Positions 1 to 12,395 of a stretch of 64,000 nt of DNA are shown piece by piece (within the stretch, counting starts at the first letter, position 1; every line of letters starts with the position of its first letter). The DNA comes from Cetorhinus maximus (lineage: Eukaryota), in the NCBI RefSeq assembly GCF_964194155.1, contig NC_135901.1:5394001-5458000 (forward strand), written 5' to 3'. A program made the position numbers and the translations under genes. A model generated the notes under the pieces. The model made no database searches. It was not told where the DNA came from and worked only from the letters and a program-made list of their open reading frames with translations.

Positions 1-625
1 AACACATACTCTCTCAACTACATACACTCACACATGTGCACACTCTCTCCAACACACACATGCACTCTTTCTCACACATGCACTCTCACACACTCATTCT
101 CTCTCTCTCTCACAAACACACACACACACACTCCCTCTCTTTTACGCACACCTATTCTCTCTCACATACATGCACCCTCTCTCTCACACACATACAAACT
201 CTCACACATGCGCACACTCTCCATTCTCTCTCACACACACACGTTCTCTCTCTCACACACTCACTCTCACACACTTTTACTACCTGTCACTCACATCCTT
301 ACACTCTCTCTCTCTCTCACACACATACACACACACAGTCGCTCTCTCTCACACACACACATTTCTCCATCTCAGACAATCTCACATTCACACACACTCT
401 CTCTCACTCTCTCTCACACACAAACTCTTTCTCTCCCACACGCGCAGATTCTCTATTTCACAAACTCTCACACTTATACTCCCTGTCTCACACACGCATA
501 CTCTCTCACACACACACTTTCTGTCTCTCTCTGTCTCTATCCCTGTCTCTCTCTCTCAAAAACACACATACACTTGCATGCACTCTCTCTCTTTTTCTCA
601 AGCACACACACACATATTCTCACAT
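1..625. repeat. Degenerate (CA)n/(CT)n low-complexity tract
   Basis: Continuous cacaca/ctctct; the H/T/L/S-rich ORFs over it are artefacts. Confidence 0.95.
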
Positions 626-1207
626 ACAGAAGTGGGCTGAAAATACTAATTGCAGAATGAAAATCCGTTAAGCTGCATGCATGTTCATTGTTCCATTTCT
701 GATGTCTTTTTGTGTAAAATGAAATTACGCAGGTGACATCACTATATATGTGGAGAATTTCCAAGTGTGGAACCAAACACAAAGAAACAAGGAAAGGGGA
801 GGGATGTGGCGGAGACCATGGCCTCCTGGATCCACAACACTGGTGCACACTTGGTGCAAGTTGCCTGCATGGCCCATCCTGGTTTTGCTGTAACCGTCTC
901 CTCCAGCCCCCTCAGTTTGCCTATTCGCGCACTGACACGGGTTTCTTAAAGAAAGGCATCGGCATTAAAGCAGCTGGCCAGCGATCTACACTGCTGCCTG
1001 ACTTTACACAGCTGGTGTTACTGAAAGCTGATCAATATGGAGAATCGGGACAGGATCGATGGAGAGGAAGAGGAGGAGGTGGAGGTGGTGGAGCCAAATG
1101 GAGGAGCCCCCGGCTCGGCTGTGGACAACAGGCAATGGAAAGCTGAGCCGGAGCGGAAAATCATCCGGAGAAACATCGCCTTGATGAGCCTGCAGCACCT
1201 GGGCACC

Positions 1208-2095
1208 CTCACAACCCACAATCACTCACCCTCACTCACCATCACTCACTCGCCCTCACTTACTCACTCACCCTCACTCCCTCACCCACCCTCATTCACT
1301 CGCCCTCACTCACTCAACCTCACTCACACGCCCTCACTCACTCGCCCTCACTCCCTGCCTCATCCACCCTCGCTCACTCACCCTCTCTCACTCAACCTCA
1401 CTCACTCACCCGTCACTCACGCACCCTCACTCACTCACCCGTCACTCACGCACCCTCACTCACCCACCTTCAATCAACCTCATTCACTCACCATCAATTA
1501 CTCACTCACACTCACTCACCCTCGCTCACCCCCACTCACTCACCCTCATTCACTCACCATCAATCACTCACTCACCCTCACTCACTCACTCTCACTCACC
1601 CTCACTCACCCTTACCTACCAGCCTCATTCACACTCACTCACCCACACTCACTCACACTCACACTCACTCACACTCACTCACCCTCACTCACTCACCCAT
1701 CCTCACTCACCTACCCTCACTCACCCAGCCTCATTCACACTCATTCACCCACCCTCACTCATCCTCACTCAAACTCACTCATCCACCCATCCTTACTCAC
1801 CTATCTGCACTCACAATCAATAACTCATTCTCCCCACCCTTACACACCCACTAACCCTCACTCACATACACACCCTCACATACCCACCAACCCTCACTCA
1901 CCCACTCATCTACCCTCATTCAATCATCCACCCTCACTCACTCATCCATTCTCACTCACCCACATTCAGGCACCCACCCACGCTCACTCACCACCCACCC
2001 TCACTCACTCCTTCACTCACCCAAGCACCCTCACTCACTCATCCACCCTCACTCACTCTGTCACTCAGCCACCCTCACTTTGTCAATTAAGCACA
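1208..2095. repeat. Degenerate (TCAC)n/(CACCCTCACT)n simple repeat, C-rich on + strand
   Basis: Repeated ctcactcaccctcact motifs. Confidence 0.9.
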
Positions 2096-2234
2096 CTCTC
2101 ACTCATTCGATCACTTTTCCTAAATCGGTGTGTGGGAGGGCGGGAACTGCCGGGAAGAGGGACCTGGAAGCGAGGCCTGAGGCCGAGCAGTTCCAGAAAG
2201 TGGAGCATGGCCCAAGGGGGTGACGAGCGTCGGT

Positions 2235-3900
2235 GTAAAGGGCAGAGAGGCGGGGCTAAAGGGTAGGGAGGCGGGGGGAAGGGAAGAGAGTCGGGGAATG
2301 GGGCAGCGATCCAGCGGAAAGTGCATAGAGATGAGGCAAAGGTCAGCGAGCCGGTGAACGGGCAGAGACCCGTGGAGTAAGTGCAGAGAGCTGGGTGGGA
2401 TAGGGCAGAGAGGCGGGAGGAAAAAGGCAGAGAGGCGGGAGGAGGAAAGGGCAGAGATGTGGGAGGGGGAAAGGGCAGAGATGCGGGAGGGGGAAAGTGC
2501 AGAGAGGCGGGAGGGGGGAAAGGTCAGAGAGGCGGGAGGGGGAAAGGTCAGAGAGGCGGGAGGGGGAAAGGGCAGAGAGGCGGAGGGAAGGGCAGAGAGG
2601 CAGGAGGGGGATAGGGCAGAGAAGCGGGACGGGGAAAGGGCAGAGAGGTGGGAGGGTGAAAGGGCAGAGAGGTGGGAGGGGGAAAGGGCAGAGAGGCGTG
2701 AGGGGGAAAGGGCAGCGAGGCGTGAGGGGGAAACGGCAGAGAGGCGGGAGGGGGAAAGGGCAGAGAGGCGGGAGGGGGAAAGGGCAGAGAGGCGGGAGGG
2801 GGAAAGGGCAGAGAGGCGGGAGGGGCGGAGGGCAAAGAGGCGGGAGGGGGAAGGACAGAGAGACGATGGAAAGGGCAGAGAGATGGGGGAAAGCGCATAG
2901 AGCCTTGGAGTAAGTGCAGAGACCTGGAGGAGAAAAAGCAGACAGGTGGGGGGTGAAGGGCAGTGAGGTGACGGAAAGGTTAGCGAACCGGGGAAAAGGT
3001 CAGAGACCCAGGCGACAGCGCAGAGAGCTGTGGAGTAAATGAAGAGAGCTGGGGGAGAAAGGGCAGAGAGGCGGGAGGGGGAAAGGGCAGAGAGGAGGGA
3101 GGGTGAAAGGGCAGAGAGGCGGGAGGGAAATGGCAGAGAAGCGGGGGAGTAAGGGCAGGGAGGCGGGAGGGGGAAAGAGCATAGAGGCGGGGGGGAAATG
3201 GCAGAGATGTGGGAGGGGGAAAGGGCAGAGAGGCGGGAGGGAGAAAGGGCAGAGCAGCGAGGGGTGGGACGGGGAAAGAGGCGTGGGGGGAAGGACAGAG
3301 AGGCGATGGAAAGGGCAGAGAAATGGGGGAAAGGTCAGAGAGCCGGGCGAAAGTGCAGCAAACCTTGGATTAAGTGCAGAGAACTGCGGGAGAAAGGGCA
3401 GAGAGGCGGGGGGGGAAGGGCAGAGGGGAGGGGGGGAATGGGCAGAGGGGAGGGGGGAATGGGCAGAGGGGAGGGGGGAAAGGGCAGAGAGGATGGAAGG
3501 TAAAGGGCAGAGCGGCGGAGCAGGAAAAGGGCAAAGGGGGGGGAAGGGCAGGGAGACGGGGGTGTGGGAAGGGCAGAGAGTCAGGCGAAAGTGCATAAAC
3601 CCGAGCAGAGAGCTGGGGGGGAGGGAGATGGCAGAGAAGAGGGGGAAGAAATAGCTGAGAGGCGGGAAGGGGAAGGGGCTGGGAGCTGGGGGGAACAGGC
3701 AGGGAGGCTCGGAGGAAAGAGCAGAGAGGCGGGGGGTGGGGGAAGGGCAGAGAGGCTGGAAGGGGAAGGGGCAGGGTGCCAGGGGGGAAACGGCAGGGAG
3801 GCTGGGAGGAAAGGGCAGAGAGGCGGTGGGGGAAGGGCAGAGAGGCCGGGGGGAAGCGCAGAGAGCCGGGCTATAGCGGGGAGAGCCGGGCGATAGCAGT
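2235..3900 (+). repeat. G-rich 24-bp tandem array (GGGAGGGGGAAAGGGCAGAGAGGC) upstream of IgM CH1
   Basis: Exact units at ~2745-2820, degenerate elsewhere; internal higher-order duplication (~2850-2925 vs ~3290-3400). Confidence 0.9.
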
Positions 3901-4194
3901 TGCGAGCCGAGGCCCCAGGTGCCCTGGGCCCCACTCTCTCTAACTCTCCCTCTCTCTCTCTCCCTCATTGTCTCTCCTCCTCCTGAAATCCTTTCCATTC
4001 CCGGGGAAAGGTGCTAAGTGCCTGGGAGAGAAGGGAGACAATGTGCGCTTCCCCCTGGCTCCCTGCACCTTTCTTCAGCGGTTGTTCACTGATGCTCCAA
4101 TCACAAACTGTTTGTCTCCCACTTCACTGCTGAAAGAGCGAAAATGCTGGAATCTATTATTATGGAGTCGATCACGGGTCAATTAGAAAATCCA

Positions 4195-5490
4195 AATGCA
4201 ATTATGTAGATCCATCAAGGTTTTGTGAAAGGGAAATCATGTTTGGCTGATTTATTTGAGGCCTTTCGAGGAAGTAACAAGGAACATGAATAAAGGAGAA
4301 CCTGTGGATGTGCTGTACTTGGGCTTCCAGAAGGCATTTGACAAAGTGGCACATCAAAGGTTACTGCACAAAATAATGGTGTCGGCAGTAATATTTCAGC
4401 ACGGGTAGAAGTTTAGTTAGCTAACAGGAAACAGAGAGTAGGGATAAATTGGTTATTTTAGATTGGCAAGATGTGACAAGTGGAGTGCCACAGGGATCAA
4501 TGCTGCAGCCTCAACTATTTACAATTTATATCAATGACTTAACGAAAGGACTGAATGAATTTGCTAAATTTTCTGATAACACAAAGATAGATACAAACGT
4601 AAGTGGTGAAGAGGGGATAAAGGGTCAACAAAGGGATATAGATTGGTTAAGTAAGTGGGCAAAAAAATGAAGATGCCGTATAATGTGGGAAAATATAAAC
4701 TTGTCCACTTTGGCAGGAAGAATACAAAAGCAGCATATTATTGAAAGGGAGAGAGATTGCAGAACCCTGAGGTACAGAGGGATGTGGATCCCTTCGTGCA
4801 TGAATCACAAAATGTTATAATACAGGAACAGTAAGTGATGAGGAAGGCAAAGGGAGTGTTGTCATTTATTACAAGGGGAATAGAATATAAAAATAAGGAT
4901 GTTTTGCTGCAGTTTAATAGGGCGTTGATGAGACCTTGTCTGAATTACTGTGTGCAGATTTGGCCTTCTTTAAGAAAGGATATAAAAGTATTAGAAGCTG
5001 TTCGGAGAATGTTCGTTCAAATGATACTGGGAGGTGTTGTCGGTTATCTCATGAGGAAAGTTTCGATAGGCTGGGCCTGTATCCATTGGAGTTTAGAAGA
5101 ATGAGAGCTGATTTTATTGAAACATATAAGTTCCTGAGGGGAATTCACAGGGTGGATGCTGAAAGGATGTTTCCCCTTGTGAGAGAGACTAACGATAGGG
5201 AACACAGTTTAAAAATAAGAGGTCTCTCATTTCAGACGGAAATGAGGAGATTTTATTTTTCTCTCAAAAGAGTCGTGGAACTTTGGAACTCTCTTCCCCA
5301 GAGAGCGATGGAGGAGGAGTCATTAATATTTCAAGGCAGAGGTAGAGAGATTCTTCATTGACAAGGGAGTCAAAGGTTAGCCGAGAGTAGGCGGGAATGT
5401 GGAGTTAACACCACAGCTATCAGATCAGCTATGATCGGAGTGAATCGTGGAGGAGGCCCCAGAGGCCGAATGGCCGACTTCTGTTACTGA
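4195..5490 (+). mobile_element. CR1-clade LINE, 5'-truncated, decayed RT and 3' end
   Basis: ORF pieces WQDVTSGVPQGS..LFTIYINDL, KFSDNTK, LGLYPLEFRRMRADFIETYK. Confidence 0.9.
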
Positions 5491-6061
5491 TCAGCATGTT
5501 CACATGTACATACGATTAGAAAATGTCGTAATTACTATAACTGGTATTCAATTTAGTGTTCACTGGTCATTATATAGGTACCATTGCAAAGGTACTTTCG
5601 AAGGGCCGTTGCTATTCTTTGTTTTGGGGGACGTGGAGAGGGGAGGGGGCATCACTCAATTTGAACAGAGCCAATTTACAAAGCTTCAATGATATAAATG
5701 ACGAGACAATTTCTCTATCACCAAGTGCTGTTGTTTGAGAAATAAATGGTGGCGAAATAATGGGGAAAATCCTCTGCTCTTCCACTTTAATCCAGTGAAA
5801 GGTACGTCATTCAGATGACATCAAAATGTTCTCTTTTAGTAATGGGATAGAAGCGGAAAAGTTGGTGTGGGTTTCTAAAGAGGGAACCGACAGGTGAGGG
5901 TCACCAAATGATGGAAATAATAAATGATCAAATGTGGGTGTGGGTTTTAGTTGGAATATATTTGGATATGTTTATAGTTATAGTCAAATTTTGAGTTGTT
6001 TGGTTACTTGATGATCACAAATCACAGAGTCTAACTTGTTCAATGGGCCATTCTTTCCCAG

Positions 6062-6361
6062 CGACACCGTCTTCGCCCACTCTCTACAAACTGGTCTCCT
6101 CCTGTCAGCAACACAACACCGAGGGCTCCGTCACCTACGGCTGTTTGGCGATGGACTACTCCCCAGAAATCACCAGCCTGACCTGGAAGAAAGATGGGCA
6201 GCCTCTCAGATCTGGATTTAAGACATACCCGTCAGTGAGAAACCAGAAGGGAACCTTCACCCTGACCAGCCAGTTAACCATCACCGAGTCAGAGGGGAAA
6301 TGCAGCAATATCAACTGTGAGGTTCGATACAGCGGCTCAGACAAGAGCATTGAATGGAAAT
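6062..6361 (+). CDS. IGHM: IgM heavy chain CH1 exon
   Basis: ttctttcccag acceptor, gtaagt donor, phase 1; (A)[41 protein letters not shown], typical shark Cmu1 Ig C1 domain. Confidence 0.96.
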
Positions 6362-6575
6362 GTAAGTGTTGGGGAACCTGTGAGAAACAGAAAGGCTGTG
6401 ATTGACCTGTATAGGGCCATGGTTATAACGCATTTATAGTACTCTGCACAGTTTTGGTCCCTGGAAATTCCAGGTTAGTGTCCATTGACAGCAAAGAGCC
6501 TGTTAAAATATAAGAACTCATTGTATCTGTTATCAATTTCTTCTGCAAGAAATGGCTAACCTGTGTTTTTTGAAG

Positions 6576-6890
6576 GCCCTGCTTCTGGCTTACTTCCAAC
6601 TGTTCTCCTCACCGTGAGTTCCCGGGAAGAAATCACAACCAACAAATTTGCCACCGCCGTCTGTTCAATCGTCGATTTCCGTCCAAAGTCAATGACCGTG
6701 AAGTGGCTGAAGAATGGACAACCCATGGATTCAGGAATTGTCACCTCTCCCGCCTTTGAAGTGAAGGGGACCTTCTCGGCGACCAGTCGGCTGAATGTCT
6801 CCGCTGGGGAATGGTTCACCGACGCGGTCTATACCTGTCAGGTCACTCACCAAGGAGTCACCCAAAGTCGAAACGCCACCAAGTGTGAGG
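6576..6890 (+). CDS. IGHM: IgM heavy chain CH2 exon
   Basis: tttgaag acceptor, gtaaga donor; [38 protein letters not shown]. Confidence 0.96.
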
Positions 6891-7249
6891 GTAAGAAATA
6901 CAAACCGAGGAAGCAATAGATCATTCTGCTCTCCGATGTTAATCAAATCAGGAATTTATTGGAGTTAGTAGACGGAACAACTTCTAATTTACTATCATGT
7001 AGTTATTGTTTAATTCCGATGTAAGGGCTGCATTCGGATTGTTCACCATTCAGGATTTTATCACGTCACGTCTCTGCATTGACGTCATAGAGTGAGTGAG
7101 GTGGACTTGACATTAGCTTTACCCTGAGTCAGCTGATCATATTTGGAGAGGCAGAAGGTGTCTGGAACCCTTCACTGGTAACAGCTTCGGGATAGAGTGT
7201 TTGAAAGTGCATCCACCCTATTTATAAAACGGCTTTCAGTACTGCATTC

Positions 7250-7440
7250 CAGGGCCCAGGAATGGTATATTTGTATTGGGACTGGGGCAACGCAGATTCA
7301 TGAGAATGTTACCGGGGCTGAAGGACTTAAATTATGAGAACAATTTACACAGACCAAGCTGGTTTTCCATTGTGTAAAGAAAATTAAAGACGATATTTAG
7401 AGGTTGATATGTCCAAGGTGATTTATTCTCCTTCAGGGAG
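7250..7440 (+). mobile_element. Short decayed CR1 fragment in CH2-CH3 intron
   Basis: cagattcatgagaatgttaccggggctgaaggacttaaattatgag resembles the CR1 RRFTRMLPG..SYEE region. Confidence 0.5.
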
Positions 7441-7509
7441 TGAAGGCTGAATACTGCTGTCCTGATTCTGAATGTGAAACTTTGGTTGATTTTCATTTCT
7501 GTCTCACAG

Positions 7510-7818
7510 GTGATTCCCACTGCAACGATCCCACAATTACTCTACTGCCACCGCCAATAGAACAGGTCTTACTGGAGGCGACCGTGACCTTAACCTGCAT
7601 CGTTTCTAATGCTCCTTATGGAGTCCTCGTGTCCTGGACACAAGAGAAGAAGCCTTTGAAATCAGAGATCGCCGTCCAACCGGGAGAGGATCCCGACAGT
7701 GTGGTCAGCAACGTAAACATCTCGACACAAGCCTGGCTGAGTGGGGCTGAGTTCTACTGCGTGGTGAGCCATCAGGATCTGCCGACTCCTTTAAGAAGTT
7801 CCATCCACAAGGAACCAG
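7510..7818 (+). CDS. IGHM: IgM heavy chain CH3 exon
   Basis: ctcacag acceptor, gtgagc donor; [44 protein letters not shown]. Confidence 0.96.
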
Positions 7819-8209
7819 GTGAGCGGTGAGATTGAAGCAATAAGTAGTTCAATGTGTCTATTTCCAGTGTAAGTGTAAGAATCAATATTTACTATTCAGT
7901 GTATTTATGGTCTACTCTGATTAGCAATTTCGCCAACTAAACGCTCTGGGCCTGTGGACTTTCAGGAGGAAATTGATAAGTAGATGAATGAACAATGAAC
8001 TGAAGGCTGTGCCATTGGGTTTAGATGAAGCAAGATGGGAGGAGCCTGGTGCGAAGCTGAAACACCAACACAGACCAGTTGGGCCGAATGGCCTGTTTCT
8101 GTGCTGTAAACTTTGAGAAACTTTCTCGTCCAACCCCATAAGTTCTCAGGGAAAAGGATTGTATCCATCTCTGCCCCGAGCTGGAAAACCGGACAGATCC
8201 CAAAGATTT

Positions 8210-8415
8210 TTATTTATTAATTCATGGCATTTGGGCGTCGCTGACTGCGCCAGCGTTTATTGCCCACCCCTAATTGCCCTTGACAAGGTGGTGTTGAGCT
8301 GCCTTCTTGAACCGCTGCAGTCCATGTGATGTAGATACACCCACAGTGCTGTTAGGGAGGGAGTTCCAGGATTTTGACTCAGCTATAGTGAAGGATCGGT
8401 GATATATTTCCAAGA
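8210..8415 (-). mobile_element. Shark SINE/LINE shared 3'-tail fragment (HE1/HER1-like)
   Basis: gccagcgtttattgcccacccctaattgcccttgacaaggtgg; same motif recurs at ~13770, ~56900, ~60120 and ~60380. Family name is tentative. Confidence 0.65.
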
Positions 8416-8534
8416 AGTGGATAATGAAACCCCTTAATATTCATCACAAAACACGTTTCTCTCACATCTAACCAGCGGTTTCATTGTCTACGAAATTATC
8501 CAGTTTATTGACACTTATTGTACATTTTCTGCAG

Positions 8535-8926
8535 GTAAAAATCTGCGGGAACCGTCCGTGTCTGTCCTCCTGCCCTCGGCAGAAGATGTCTCCGCTCAGA
8601 GATTCGTCTCCCTCAGCTGCTTGGTGAGAGGTTTCTCCCCCCGAGAGATCTTCGTCAAGTGGACCGTCAATGACAAGCCGGTGAATCCCGGGAACTACAA
8701 GAACACCGAGGTGGTGGCGGAGAACGGCAATAGCTCCTTCTTCATGTACAGCCTGTTATCCATTGCAGCGGAGGAGTGGGCCAGCGGCGCTTCTTACTCC
8801 TGTGTGGTGGGACATGAAGCGATCCCCTTGAAGATCATCAACAGAACGGTTGATAAATCCAGCGGTAAACCGAGTTTTGTGAATATTTCCCTTGCACTGA
8901 TGGACACCGTTAATTCATGTCAATGA
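8535..8926 (+). CDS. IGHM: IgM heavy chain CH4 exon plus secretory tailpiece
   Basis: ttctgcag acceptor; [37 protein letters not shown]; internal donor G|gtaaac after 8864; tail [20 protein letters not shown] with N-glycan sequon and penultimate Cys. Confidence 0.97.
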
Positions 8927-8953
8927 GAATCTCTCGGTTACGTTTCAAACTTC

Positions 8954-8970
8954 AATAAAAAAATAATAAA
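8954..8970 (+). terminator. Secretory-form polyadenylation signals (2x AATAAA)
   Basis: AATAAA at 8954 and 8965, 28-39 nt after the tail stop. Confidence 0.8.
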
Positions 8971-9369
8971 GTCCTTTTCTCCAATTGTGATTTAATTGCA
9001 CAATCGCTTAATTAATGTTGTTTTCCACTTTTGCTAATGTTAGAGCTGTTTAGTTAAAATCGGATATTTCCAGGGCTCAGAACCAAGTCTTGTACACCCA
9101 GTGCTCCCAGCTCAGATACACCCTGGGTTAGAGACAGAGTAAAGCTCATTCATCACGGGATTCTGCAAAATAACATCACCAACTCTCCTCCCACTGAGGG
9201 GGAATCTAACAATTTCCTATTTCCGGCAAACAAACTCAGCACATTTAGATCTCGGTGTTGCTGCTTCTCTTATTGTCCATTCCTTTAAAATGGATGCCAG
9301 CTTTAAGTTGCTGCATCGCACCCACTGGGAATTGAAGTGAGGGTCACACAGAAACATGTCTCAACAATA

Positions 9370-9965
9370 CCCCATCAGAGAGAGGGGAAAGGAAAATTGT
9401 TAACCTACTGTACCCCCAACTTCCCCAACAGAGAGAGGGGGAGGGGAAATTGTTACTCCACTGTACCCACTTCCCCAACAGAGAGAGGGGGAAGGGAAAT
9501 TGTTAACCCACTGTACCCCCATTTCACTAACAGAGAGAGGGGGAGGGGAAATTGTTAACCCACTGTACCCCCACTTCCCAAACAGAGAGAAGGGGGAGGG
9601 AAATTGTTAACCCACTGTACCTCCACTTCCCCAACAGAGAGAGGGGGAAGGGAAATTGTTAACCCACTGTACCTCCACTTCCCCAACAGAGAGAGGGGGA
9701 AGGGAAATTGTTAACCCACTGTACCCCCACTTCACTAACAGAGAGAGGGGGAAGGGAAATTGTTAACCCGCTATACCTCCACTTCCCCAACAGACAGAGG
9801 GGGAAGGGAAATTATTAACCCACTGTACCTCCGCTTCCCCAACAGAGAAAACTGAAAGGAAAATTTTTAGCCAATTTTACCTCCACTTCCTAAACAGAAA
9901 GACGAGGAAGGTCATTGGTTAACCTGGTGTGTCTCCACCTTCTCAGCAGAGAGAACCGAAAGGGA
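9370..9965. repeat. 52-bp minisatellite, ~9 good copies plus degenerate ends
   Basis: Unit aaattgttaacccactgtacctccacttccccaacagagagagggggaaggg (e.g. 9601, 9653). Confidence 0.92.
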
Positions 9966-10449
9966 AATAGCTTAGCCAACCAGACGGAACAAAACTATTA
10001 ACTCACTGGACTCTCAGTCCCCGAGCAGAGAATCTGGAAGGGAACGGGCCTTTGCTGTAAGGACCCAGTTACCAACAGCAGAAGTCGGCTTCTAGCTTAC
10101 TGGCCACAGGTTTTAAAGTCCCATCATGCTTAAAATGTTGTAAAATATATATTTATGCAACATAATTTTAAGAAGTTTTCACACTCTTGTTCCTGTTAAT
10201 CTTATGCTAAGATTGATTTCCCATCATCCGAATCTAAACTGATTATTAAATCCTCCCTGGGTTGTTCACGGTTCTGTCCCTGCATTTTATGAGGCAGATG
10301 GTTGATTGTTTGCATTCGTTCACCTGATATCACCTTGCATCTCACAGAAAACACGTTTATACAGAACATTGAAAATATTCACCAAAATTTTCACTATCAG
10401 GGTGGGATCGATCGTTAGGACCTGGTGAAACACTGAAAAATGGTAAAAA

Positions 10450-11585
10450 TGCACACAAGGGTCACAAATGGACGCACACAAACATACATACATACACACA
10501 TAGGCACAGACACGCAGACACAAACACACACAGTACAGGCAGACACACACACATACATACATAGGCACACACACACACACACACACACACACAGGCACAG
10601 ACACACTCACAAACAAGGGCAGACACACAAACACACACACATAGACAAATACACATTCGCACACACACAAACACAGGCACAGACAGACACACACACGCAC
10701 ACACAATCACACACACACACAATCACACATAAACACAAATACACACACAAATGCAGGCACAGGAACACACATATACACAATCACACACACACAAACAAAT
10801 ACACACGTGCACACGCACATACACACACACATACTCACACACATATACACAATCTCACACACACAAACAGATAAAACCAGACAAGCAGACTCATACAAGG
10901 ACACAAATATGCATCATCACACATTCACAATGACAGAAATACAGACAAAAAGACACACACTATCATACACATTAAAACAAGTACATGGATACACATGAAC
11001 ACATGCACACACATGAGCAGACGGCACCAGACAGACAAACACATAGAGGAACAGACTAACATATTCACAGGCACACATGTAGACACAAACATGAAACACG
11101 CTTATACACACGAGAACACAAAAAACACACGTTAGTACGTTTGAAAACATAAACACACATTGATACATAGTTTTAAATATCCATCAACACACAAATGCAC
11201 ACATTAAAAACTCTCTCTCTCTCACACACACACACGCGCTGTGACACAGACATTAATATGCTGACACATACGTGGAACACAAAAAGAAACATTAACACAT
11301 ATTAGCAGACAAGAACGCATAAACACACATTAACACAGATAGTAATAAATAAACATAGATATCAATACATAAACACACACAATAACACACTCATACATAC
11401 ACATTGGCAAAAAAAACAAAATAGACATGCAGACGCAGACACAAAAATGCACAAGTCAGCACTCATTGGCAAATGAGCACACCTCAATACTCATACACAC
11501 ATATGGACACAGAAACAAAGAGTGATGCAAGGCACGATATACTCATGCACACATACATAAAAGCTAAAGCATGACACAAACGCCA
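10450..11585. repeat. Degenerate (CA)n tract in CH4-TM1 intron
   Basis: Long acacac low-complexity sequence. Confidence 0.92.
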
Positions 11586-12129
11586 GGCTATTGAAGAAGG
11601 TATAATTCAAATGCACTTTTTTAACCGACGTATCCTCCGGCAATTGTCCCTATTACATAATGATCCGAAAAGCACACTGAAACAATGTTCTTACTGAGAA
11701 TCTGATTTAAGTTAATGACGCACCAAACATTCCCATCACAAATAGACAAACAAGATGGGAAATCACATCCGAGATTTTAAAAAGCAACGTTCACAGTTTC
11801 CAAATAAGTTGCTCAGTGAATCTCTCCCAATACCCATCATAATATTCTCCAATAATAGATCGTTCGAAATTGTTCGAAAATAAAATGATATTGGAGATAA
11901 TTTTCTATATTTTCCGACTCGGACTATACGAGGATTGTAAAGGAAGAACAGCTGTGGAGATAGTTACAGAGATAGGTTGCTGAAATTCACGAGTTTAACA
12001 GTAGATATATATTGAACATTAAATTAGAGAATACATTAATAACTTAGGAAAGAGTAAAGAGTATATTTTTAAAAGATATCCTAGATTAATAAATAACCTA
12101 ATTATATTTCCTCGGTTATATCCTCGCAG

Positions 12130-12257
12130 ATTCCACAGATCGCCCCTGGATTGAAGACTCTGAGGATGATAACGGCAACATCTGGACAACCGCTTCCACA
12201 TTCATCATCCTGTTCTTCCTGAGCATTTTCTACAGCACTGCCGTCACTCTGGTGAAG
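12130..12257 (+). CDS. IGHM: IgM transmembrane exon TM1
   Basis: ctcgcag acceptor, gtcaga donor; (D)[42 protein letters not shown] has the conserved antigen-receptor TM motif; phase matches the CH4 internal donor. Confidence 0.95.
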
Positions 12258-12395
12258 GTCAGAAGGTTCAATCCACTCACACTTCAAACTGACAGAAGCG
12301 GTTTGAAAAATCTCTCAATATTTCATTGATTAAAACACTAACATAAATGTCCCACATTCTAAAAATCTGCTTCATTATTTTATCCTCTTTTACAG

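Noticed and set aside
885-910. VTVSS peptide resembling a JH end
   Set aside because: No WGxG motif, no upstream RSS, no splice donor after it
34-3998. Long ORFs (208, 409, 332 aa) in the first 4 kb
   Set aside because: Open in several frames because of simple-repeat composition; no domain signal
5805-5935. E-box cluster (CAGATG, CAGGTG, CAAATG) before CH1 as intronic enhancer
   Set aside because: Short motifs at chance frequency; no octamer alongside
9370-9965. CRISPR-like or NF-kB site array
   Set aside because: No unique spacers and eukaryotic context; GGGAAATTGT lacks the terminal CC of a kB site
10320-11168. Cys/Val- and His/Thr-rich ORFs
   Set aside because: Translations of the (CA)n tract
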